Source: Candidatus Aenigmatarchaeota archaeon (GTDB lineage: Archaea; Aenigmatarchaeota; Aenigmatarchaeia; CG10238-14; SCSR01). From it: DNA of 64,000 nucleotides. The notes under the pieces were generated by a model that did not search any database, was not told where the DNA came from, and saw only the letters and a program-made list of their open reading frames with translations. The translations under genes were made by a program, and so were the position numbers. The stretch covers positions 145,405 through 209,404 of the forward strand of contig JACRAE010000005.1 of NCBI GenBank assembly GCA_016213525.1, in the 5' to 3' direction. Positions 50,601 through 56,974 of the stretch are shown here, in pieces. The number at the start of each line of letters is the position of its first letter. Position 1 is the stretch's first letter.

Positions 50601-53600
50601 GATCAGCTCGCTCGAAAACTGCGTGGCGTTGTTCTGAGGGTTGAAGTTCGTCGTGTTCATCCTGCCCATCGTGCCTAGCGAGAACATGAAGTTCTGGTTC
50701 ATTGTGGAGTTGAACGTGTAGTTGAAGCCGAAGAAGTCGGTATGGTTGGAGAAAATGTTGAAGCCGGATTGTGTCGTGTTGGACAGAGTTCTGAAAACAT
50801 TTCTGACATTCGTCGTGGCGAACAACACCTCCTCGTTGTCCGTCGCGTTGTTCTTGGTGAAGTATATCCCGGGCTTCTGCTGGTTTATGCCTGTGTGATA
50901 CAGCTGAAGAATCTCCGAATGATTAAGGGCACGCCTATAGATTCGGGCCTCGTCAATATACCCATTGAATACTGTGTCACCAATGACTGCGTCTTTGGAC
51001 GACGAGACATCATAAACACTTCCAGACGCCGTCTTGTCAAGTGTGCCGTTGATATAGAGCCTCATATTGCCCCCTTCCCTTACCCCCACAACATGACTCC
51101 AGGATCTGACCGGTATCTTAGAATTAGATTGAATCTCAAGGTAACCGACGTTTTCAGTGACGAAATCGATAGTCCCGTCGGTGCCCAGAAGTCTCATGTA
51201 CCATTGCGCATTCCCCCCGCCCGGGTTTCTCTCTCCAACAAAAAATGATCCGGAAACCATGGCGCGGGGATTTACCCACACTTCGGCTGTGAAGTCGCTT
51301 GTTCCGAGATTCAAATTATTGTTGTCTGGCAAAAATACGATATCATCGCTCCCGTCGAAGCTCAGGCAGGAGCTGAACTTACAAGAAGAATTGCTGACAC
51401 GGGTAACTCCACCACTAAGATATCCAGGATTCCTCAGACCCGAAGAATCAGTGACATTCGTTCCAAATCCCTCGTTGAAGTTCCAGTACCCGACCAGTCC
51501 TGGCTCGGCTGTGGTGACGGACGTGCGGTTCTCGGGGAGGGAGAATGGGATGGATATGTTGCCGGGGCCGCCTGGGATCGTGGTGCCGTCCCAGAACTGC
51601 ACGTCGTCTATCCTAACCATATTGTCGTTCGACACAGCCTGATAGAAGAACTTGCCGAACAGGTATCTAAGGTCCGAGAAATACGACTTCGACGAAAGGG
51701 ACGTTGTGGCGGTCTCTTCTAGGTTGGAGTACTCGTCCGTGTAGATTTTCACGTCGACCTTCGGGTCTGACGCCGTGTAGACTAATTCCACCCACCTCGT
51801 CGCCGTGAGGGGCTCCGCTCTGCTAATTCCCGTCGCGTACTCGTTGGTGTTCGTCCAGGTGAAAGCATACATGTTAGAGGTCGATCCCGCGGCGTGCGCC
51901 GCCACCGCGAAGTGTATGGAATCGGCGGTCGCGGACGGATTCTCGCCGGAAAGCGAAGTGGAGTCTGTAAGGCCGAACCTCGCCATGACCGCTTGGCCGC
52001 TGGCGTCGTTTATGTAGTTGTTCAACACGACTTTGAACCTCATCACCCATCCGATGTTGTTGTCGGCGTAGTTTCCGGATCCCAAGACCCGTTGAAGATC
52101 ATAGGTCACCCAGTTATCGTCACCACTCTGGTTGTTGTTCATGTTCAGCGTTCCGTTCGTTATCGTCATCTTTCCAGAAGTCCCCGACCAGCTCGAGTTC
52201 GCCGAAAAGTCGTCCTTGAACTTAGTCCCGCCCTTCGAGTCGACGAATACCCTGACGAATGGGTCGTGAGCGGTCATAAGGAAACTTACGTTGACGCCGG
52301 GTTTGGTCATGTTCATGTTGGGATTGAACGCGTACCTCCACTTGAACTCCTGCTTGTTCCTAGGGTCGAGCCAGTCGGGCACCCCAGCCGCTTTATATCT
52401 TATAATAACGATACCCGAACCTCCCGCTCCGCCCGCATTTGCCGGGCTGCCAGCAGATGCCCTGGCTCCTCCACCGCCCGAACCGGTGTTCGCTGTTCCA
52501 GCCGTTGCAACTGCATTTCCTATAGATCCCGCCCCGCCCCCTCCCGAGCCCCCGGTGCCGGCAGCGACCGTAGCGCCTCCCCCACCTCCGCCAGCCCTAG
52601 TGACTGTAGAGCCGTTTATTCTGGACGATAGTCCAGCCCCTCCAGCACCGCCGGTGGTCCCCGAGTTGTTGCCGCCCGCACCTCCAGCTCCACCACCACC
52701 GCCTCCGACGTCTGCAGCAGAGCTCGACCCACCAATATTTCCCTGTCCAGAAGTTCCAGCCGCCCCGCCAAGTAGCTCCGCCCCACCGCCGCCCGAGCCT
52801 CCAGTTGACGCATTTGTAGTTAAAGCTCCACCGGCACCGCCTCCAGTTGCCATAACTGTTGAAAAAATAGAATTTGTACCATTACCTCCAACGTCGAGAT
52901 TTCCTCCAGCACCGCCGCTTCCGACCGTTATGTTATAGAGCTGTGCCGATACCGAGAGTTCTCCCTCCCTGTAGCCACCGGCACCGCCTCCTCCACCGAC
53001 CCATCCACCGCCGCCTCCACCTCCTGCTATAACAAGGTACTCCACTGTGCCGTTTCCAGACGTGACGTTAAACGTCCCATTTGAGGTGAAAGTGTGTATC
53101 GTATAGCCTTCCGCGTAAGTTATGTTGCCGCCAGTCGCCACTATTTTTTCAGATCCCTTTTTCCACAGAATCCAGCCCTGTTGATTCCAGTCGTAGAAAT
53201 AGACCGTCTTGTTCTGGGTGCCGGAGCCGTACAATGAAATCAAATTCTGGCCGTCGACTTTAATCGCGTCGTCGAAGCTCGCGTTGAAGATTATTTTATT
53301 AGACGAGTTGTACACGGTCATGTTCCTCTCCGTCATGCCGACGCGGATGAAGTCGTTCGATATGTTGACCACGCCGTAGAGCGAGCCGTTCTCGTCCATC
53401 CAGTAGCTGCCTCCAGGGCGGGAGTCGCGCAGCCCGAACTCGAACCCGTCCGAGCCGGCGAGGGTGTAGTTGACTGTGGTGTGGGTGGAGTTAGAGGTGT
53501 AGTTCCACGAGCCCTGCCCTATGCCAAGGAGCTCCCTCACGTCCCTCAGGCTGCCGTCGGACGCGTTGTAGAGGACCGAGGACGCGCCTCCTATTTGGAA

Positions 53601-54497
53601 GACGGACGTGCTGGAGTTGCGGGTGTAGTTTGTGTTGTCGATGATTGAAGTGTAGTTCACAGACCCGCCTGGAATAGAACCGCCCGAATATGTGAAGCTG
53701 GTCTCATTGCCTGCAATCCTTATCACGTCGCCAGTGCTGTTGGGGCCTATCCTGTAGCCGTACGTCAGGGTCGTCTGGTTGCGGGTCGTGTTCCTGACGT
53801 CGACGAGAAGGAAGTCCGACGAGGCCCGGAGCGTGTAGAGGACCTCGTACTCCGCTCCTTGAGAGGAGCGGACGTGGGCAAGCACGCCGGTGCTGGTCAG
53901 GCCGCCGCCCTCGAACGCGAGTTTGGTGTAGCCGGTGCCCCACGACGTGTCCGAGGTGCCGTTCAGGGTGATTCCGAAGTTCGTCGGGACTATCGTTGTT
54001 TGGGGCTCGGTCTTCGACCTCACCGTCTTGACGAGGGTGCTGGTGTTTATCGACGCGAAGCTGCCCTCAGTCCCCACTTTCAAAAAGACGACTTCCATCA
54101 GCTCGTTCTCTAATTTTAGATGGGTCGAGTTCTGGCTCGCGGAAGCGATGCCGGTTATGGTGGTGATGAGGTTGCCTTCCCTGTTGAACGTCCCCTTCGC
54201 CAGCGCCCCGGTCTTTATCGGGAGCTCGAAGCTGAAGGAGTTCGAGTCGGAGTCGACCCTGTAGACGCCGTCGTTCACGTTGATCTGGGCCACCCTCAGC
54301 GTGCCTGTGCCCTCCGCGGCCACCTGGCGCACGAGGTTGTCTATAATCTCCATGTTCTGGCCGGCCTCGCCTATTATGCCGGTCTCCCTCGCCTCGTCAA
54401 GAACGGGCAGGCCGATTCCGAGGACGACCCCTATGCCCACGAAGACGATGAGGGTCACGAGGACGAAGCTTATGAGTTCTGACGCTCCTTTGGGCAC
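47700..54497 (-). CDS. giant (2,265 aa) class-III-signal surface protein: pilin-like N-terminus + 2 Gly-rich modules + 3 LamG-like modules + Cys-terminated cap
   Basis: GTG start. (M)PKG|ASELISFVLVTLIVFVGIGVVLGIGLP. LamG signatures (W.F.EG.G...DSSG..N.G...W.SNSSCKF.SC.SFDG; W.HV...; LYINGT/IYING; IDE[AV]R[IL]Y.RAL...EI..[LH]Y) three times. TIHTFTSNGTFNVTSG.G.VEYLVIAGGGGGGG...GSGIVIIRY twice. Ends ..VSVRGC. Confidence 0.9.
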   Translation of the reverse strand: MPKGASELISFVLVTLIVFVGIGVVLGIGLPVLDEARETGIIGEAGQNMEIIDNLVRQVAAEGTGTLRVAQINVNDGVYRVDSDSNSFSFELPIKTGALAKGTFNREGNLITTITGIASASQNSTHLKLENELMEVVFLKVGTEGSFASINTSTLVKTVRSKTEPQTTIVPTNFGITLNGTSDTSWGTGYTKLAFEGGGLTSTGVLAHVRSSQGAEYEVLYTLRASSDFLLVDVRNTTRNQTTLTYGYRIGPNSTGDVIRIAGNETSFTYSGGSIPGGSVNYTSIIDNTNYTRNSSTSVFQIGGASSVLYNASDGSLRDVRELLGIGQGSWNYTSNSTHTTVNYTLAGSDGFEFGLRDSRPGGSYWMDENGSLYGVVNISNDFIRVGMTERNMTVYNSSNKIIFNASFDDAIKVDGQNLISLYGSGTQNKTVYFYDWNQQGWILWKKGSEKIVATGGNITYAEGYTIHTFTSNGTFNVTSGNGTVEYLVIAGGGGGGGWVGGGGGAGGYREGELSVSAQLYNITVGSGGAGGNLDVGGNGTNSIFSTVMATGGGAGGALTTNASTGGSGGGGAELLGGAAGTSGQGNIGGSSSAADVGGGGGGAGGAGGNNSGTTGGAGGAGLSSRINGSTVTRAGGGGGGATVAAGTGGSGGGGAGSIGNAVATAGTANTGSGGGGARASAGSPANAGGAGGSGIVIIRYKAAGVPDWLDPRNKQEFKWRYAFNPNMNMTKPGVNVSFLMTAHDPFVRVFVDSKGGTKFKDDFSANSSWSGTSGKMTITNGTLNMNNNQSGDDNWVTYDLQRVLGSGNYADNNIGWVMRFKVVLNNYINDASGQAVMARFGLTDSTSLSGENPSATADSIHFAVAAHAAGSTSNMYAFTWTNTNEYATGISRAEPLTATRWVELVYTASDPKVDVKIYTDEYSNLEETATTSLSSKSYFSDLRYLFGKFFYQAVSNDNMVRIDDVQFWDGTTIPGGPGNISIPFSLPENRTSVTTAEPGLVGYWNFNEGFGTNVTDSSGLRNPGYLSGGVTRVSNSSCKFSSCLSFDGSDDIVFLPDNNNLNLGTSDFTAEVWVNPRAMVSGSFFVGERNPGGGNAQWYMRLLGTDGTIDFVTENVGYLEIQSNSKIPVRSWSHVVGVREGGNMRLYINGTLDKTASGSVYDVSSSKDAVIGDTVFNGYIDEARIYRRALNHSEILQLYHTGINQQKPGIYFTKNNATDNEEVLFATTNVRNVFRTLSNTTQSGFNIFSNHTDFFGFNYTFNSTMNQNFMFSLGTMGRMNTTNFNPQNNATQFSSELIESVANSTLTWYDLPGIIATGGNVTYADGYKIHTFTSNGTFNVTSGSGNVEYLVIAGGGGGGGKYGGGGGAGGYLAGTGHRVTSRSYPIVIGAGGGGGVDSVNEGLNGTNSSFDTIESKGGGGGDTSGGPGIGSHGGSGGGSACALSPVAGTPGQGNSGGTGYSACGGNYPHGGGGGAGAVGQTAPSNTVGGNGGSGLASSINGTLVYRAGGGGGGTWTGGTSGSGGSGGGGNAGAGGGNNNGADGTANTGGGGGGASFASGAGGVGGTGGSGIVIIRYPASWNSTNPLSGVTQHDSSLLFNYDGGASGIWRLDEGSGLNATDSSGNGNTGTVNATWISNSSCKFGSCMSFDGGFNNVNLSSSSIFDISGDLTIEAWVNPNQIPTAGQGLKAIFTKNTVADNCGYGLYTTTSTGVLRAWFYVVGSGWTNVDGVDALSLNTWYHVAVTHKGNKAQIYINGIQSGGGGTIGTICTGGSYSTKIGAQTPFNERSWNGTIDEVRLYPRALTDTEIREHYQREVTRYYDDFGTAASGKTYRYFGVEDSNTTLQPVTPAGTVLHYRFNDNSTLNVTDSSGLGNGGGVINGAIWMTNSSCKNNFGRCMFFDGTNDYVNNLNPSSLPLGNSPHTIAAWIYYRGSGDGPIVVYGSTNTNQSRWLYANYNGVSGLSAGFYSNDVSANYIIPNNVWTHVTWSYNTTTSFFYVNGTLVASPALSGANTQLNSQGVRIGSDTFGQSRYFNGSIDEVIITNRTLSPDEVYQLYLGGANRTVGGKWHRVASAEGVQSAAFNLTDHNNTFEGADYDMRMIFINGTSEGTVSTSTSPASACYTRQNTSYLYACSYDQSELSSTRSSGIVYSGDEGSFVSLCNDAAASEYRFNITSLGALRSVVPFSAASCAVVANQSEAVTRLGLPTRPFGSYLISGDGMLHMELQYGRIALNGTDKFGKGSHRICIEKTGRQGTVALVSVRGC
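48900..49100. repeat. direct-repeat block shared by the two giant genes (copy 1)
   Basis: Aligns with 59537..59737 (offset 10,637). Includes an identical run of about 50 nt, gtgacttcgcgctggtagtgctcgcggatctcggtgtctgtgagggcgcg. Confidence 0.8.
53266..53580. repeat. direct-repeat block shared by the two giant genes (copy 1)
   Basis: Aligns with 63687..64000 at a constant offset of 10,421 nt. I estimate roughly 90% identity by eye. Confidence 0.8.
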
Positions 54498-54521
54498 ATT
54501 CTAATCTCGTGGCGGGGTGGC

Positions 54522-54535
54522 TTATTGCTTTCCCA
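54522..54535 (-). promoter_or_regulatory. BRE/TATA-like 14-mer upstream of giant-1
   Basis: Minus-strand gggaaagcaataag, 24 nt before GTG 54497. Identical 14-mer at 55023..55036. Confidence 0.5.
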
Positions 54536-54543
54536 TCGCCGGG

Positions 54544-54999
54544 TCAGCACGCGGTGGCGTTGACCGAGACGTGGGTGCCGTTCCAGCCGGCCTTTTCGAG
54601 GCAGACCCTCTGGAGCCCCTGTCCGAGCCGAAGGTCCCCAGAGACCGATATGTTGGAATAGGTCAGGTTGAGCCTGATTTTCCCGTTGACAATCAAGCTG
54701 CTGCCCTCGAGGAAGCCCTCCGGAGCCTCTGACCTGTATTCCACCCTCCCGTCGGCGATTCTGTAGCTCCCCCCGCTCACCTGCAAGGCGACCTCCCTCA
54801 CGCTTCCCTCTCCCCCCGATGCGGTGTCGCGGATTGCATTGTCCAAAATCAGCATGCTTCTTTGAGCATCGCCCAGCTCGGCTGACGCCCTTGAGTGATC
54901 GAGTGCAGGCAGACCGAACATCAAGACGGCGGAGACGCCGGCGACGCTGATCAAAACGACTATGACGGACGATATCATCGAGGACGTTCCCTTTCCCAT
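54544..54999 (-). CDS. type IV pilin-like protein; minimal scaffold homologous to the termini of the giant ORFs
   Basis: MGKG|TSSMISSVIVVLISVAGVSAVLMFGLPALD... aligns with the giant-1 N-terminus (GLPVLDEAR..MEIIDNLVRQVAAEGTGTLR). C-terminus RVCLEKAGWNGTHVSVNATAC aligns with both giant C-termini. Confidence 0.8.
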   Translation of the reverse strand: MGKGTSSMISSVIVVLISVAGVSAVLMFGLPALDHSRASAELGDAQRSMLILDNAIRDTASGGEGSVREVALQVSGGSYRIADGRVEYRSEAPEGFLEGSSLIVNGKIRLNLTYSNISVSGDLRLGQGLQRVCLEKAGWNGTHVSVNATAC

Positions 55000-55022
55000 G
55001 CTACTAGTTCCGCGGCTCCCGC

Positions 55023-55036
55023 CTTATTGCTTTCCC
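55023..55036 (-). promoter_or_regulatory. BRE/TATA-like 14-mer upstream of the 151-aa pilin-like gene
   Basis: Minus-strand gggaaagcaataag, 23 nt before ATG 54999. Confidence 0.5.
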
Positions 55037-55049
55037 TCCCGTCAGGCAA

Positions 55050-55060
55050 CAATTTAAATC
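55050..55060 (+). promoter_or_regulatory. TATA-like box
   Basis: caatttaaatc, about 28 nt upstream of dph2 ATG 55082. Confidence 0.45.
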
Positions 55061-55081
55061 CCCTTCTGTCATTCTATTGGT

Positions 55082-56038
55082 ATGCAGCTGTCGGAAGTCG
55101 TGAAGGACATGAAGAAGAGGGGCTACAGGCGCGCCTTCGTCCAGTACCCGGAGGGGATAAAGAGGAGGATGCCCGCCTTCGCGGAGGAGCTCGAGAAGGC
55201 CGGGATAGAGGCCGTCCTCTGCCTGGAATACACTTATGGGGCGTGCGACCTGCGCGAGTACGAGGCCGGCCTGATGAAATGCGATGCGCTTTTGCACGTC
55301 GGTCACGAGGACTTCGGGGTGAAGGCAAAGATGCCCGTTTATTATGTGGACTGGTTCATAGAGGCCGACCCCACGATCTGCCTGGAGAAGAACTTCGCCC
55401 AGCTCAAGCCGTACAAGACGATAGGTCTGGTGACGAGCGTCCAGTTCGTCCACATGATGAAGCCCGTCCGCGAGTGGCTAGAGGCGCACGGGAAGAGGGT
55501 GATGAGCAGCAGGCACCAGCAGTACGAGGGCCAGATGCTCGGGTGCAGGGTGCAGGCCGGGAAGAAGATAGAGGACGACGTCGACTGCTTCCTGTGCGTG
55601 GGCGCGGGCAAGTTCTACGGCCTCGGCCTGGCGCTGGAGACGGACAAGCCGATGCTGAACCTCGACATAGAGATGAACAAGATACACGACATGGAGGACG
55701 TCAAGAGGAGGATAATGAAGGTGACCGCGTGGAACCTCTCCGCCGTGAAGGACGCGAAGAAGGTCGGCCTTCTCGTCACTTGGAAGAGGGGCCAGATGTT
55801 CGGCTCGCCCTACGTCATAAAGAAGCTGCTGGAGAAGAAGGGCAAGCAGGTCTTCGTGTTCGCGTTCGACGAGCTCTCCATACCGAAGCTGGAGGGCCTG
55901 AAGGTCGACGCCATGATATCGTTCGGCTGCCCCAGGATATCGACGGACGACCTGGACAAGTACAAGGTCCCGTTCATCAACTTCACGGAGCTGATCAAGG
56001 ACGGCTACCTGAAAATCCCGGCCCTGAAAAACATTTAA
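55082..56038 (+). CDS. dph2: diphthamide synthesis enzyme Dph2 (2-(3-amino-3-carboxypropyl)histidine synthase)
   Basis: RAFVQYPEGIKRRMPAFAEELEKAGIEAVL...YGACD...DALLHVGH...FLCVGAGKFY...ISFGCPRIS. Confidence 0.88.
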   Translation: MQLSEVVKDMKKRGYRRAFVQYPEGIKRRMPAFAEELEKAGIEAVLCLEYTYGACDLREYEAGLMKCDALLHVGHEDFGVKAKMPVYYVDWFIEADPTICLEKNFAQLKPYKTIGLVTSVQFVHMMKPVREWLEAHGKRVMSSRHQQYEGQMLGCRVQAGKKIEDDVDCFLCVGAGKFYGLGLALETDKPMLNLDIEMNKIHDMEDVKRRIMKVTAWNLSAVKDAKKVGLLVTWKRGQMFGSPYVIKKLLEKKGKQVFVFAFDELSIPKLEGLKVDAMISFGCPRISTDDLDKYKVPFINFTELIKDGYLKIPALKNI

Positions 56039-56071
56039 ACACAACACGACCAATTATTCTAGTTGATTTTG

Positions 56072-56350
56072 ATGGATTTGAAAAAGGTCAAAGAGGACAA
56101 GGACACGCTCCTGTTGGAGATAGCCGGCGAGACCTTCACCGTGACGAACGCCCTGAAGGAGGAGCTGTGGAACGACAAGACGGTCTCCGAGGCCGCCCAG
56201 GTCCGCGAGCACCCCTACCTGTCCGAGCCGAAGGTCTTCGTGAAGACCGAGAAGGGCTCCCCCGTCGCGGCGCTCGAGAAGGCCGCCGAGAGGATATCCG
56301 CCAACGCGAAGGAGTTTCAGGCGGAGTTCAAGAAGGCCGCGAAGAAGTAG
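56072..56350 (+). CDS. rpoL: RNA polymerase subunit Rpo11 (RpoL)
   Basis: MDLKKVKEDKDTLLLEIAGETFTVTNALKEELWNDKTVSEAAQVREHPYLSEPKVFVKTEKGSP fits the Rpo11 pattern. The track ORF opens on TTG 56063. Start is ambiguous. Confidence 0.82.
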   Translation: MDLKKVKEDKDTLLLEIAGETFTVTNALKEELWNDKTVSEAAQVREHPYLSEPKVFVKTEKGSPVAALEKAAERISANAKEFQAEFKKAAKK

Positions 56351-56374
56351 CTCATTTTTCTAATACGCAATAAC

Positions 56375-56929
56375 TCAGCAGACTTTCTGACCCTTCTCCT
56401 TCAGGAGGGTCTCGTTGAAGTATATCGGCGCGCCCATCCTGAGGGCCAGAGCGGCCCCGTCGCTCGGCCTGGAGTCGAGGTTCAGGAGGACGTCCCCCTT
56501 CTTGAGGAGAGTCTGGCCGTAGAAGTTCTCGTCCCTGAGCTGCGTCACCTTCACCATCACCAGCTCCACACCGAGCTGCCCGAACGCGTCCCTCATCAGC
56601 TCGTGCGTGTTGGGCCTCGGCCCGGTGACGGAGTCGAGGGCGTTCTTTATCGACTCGGCCTGACCGACGTCCGTGCCCGCGACCAGCCTGTAGCACCCGC
56701 CGGTCATGGCGAGCACCCCCTTGCCGCCGATGACCTCCGCCTGCGGCCTAACCGTGACGAAGCCCTCCGTCGAGAGGTCGGAGATGCCGGCGTTCTCGAT
56801 CGTGTCCGGGCTCTCTATCTTCTCCATCTGCTCCAACAGGGCGGAGGCCGCCAGCGCAATCGATACCAGAGTCAAAATTATGAGCGCTTTCTCCCTCTTG
56901 TTTATGCGCGCGTCCTTCCCAGGCCTCAT
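56375..56929 (-). CDS. membrane-anchored bifunctional-nuclease-domain (DUF151/BFN) protein
   Basis: N-terminal TM ALIILTLVSIALAASALL, then GPRPNTHELMRDAF and LDSRPSDGAALALRMGAPIY (DUF151 hallmarks RP.THDL / D.RPSDA.ALA). Last residue is Cys (..GQKVC). Confidence 0.7.
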   Translation of the reverse strand: MRPGKDARINKREKALIILTLVSIALAASALLEQMEKIESPDTIENAGISDLSTEGFVTVRPQAEVIGGKGVLAMTGGCYRLVAGTDVGQAESIKNALDSVTGPRPNTHELMRDAFGQLGVELVMVKVTQLRDENFYGQTLLKKGDVLLNLDSRPSDGAALALRMGAPIYFNETLLKEKGQKVC

Positions 56930-56974
56930 GGTATTCAGTTTCCCCCTCCTCGGCTTAAAACTTTCCGTGGACGG

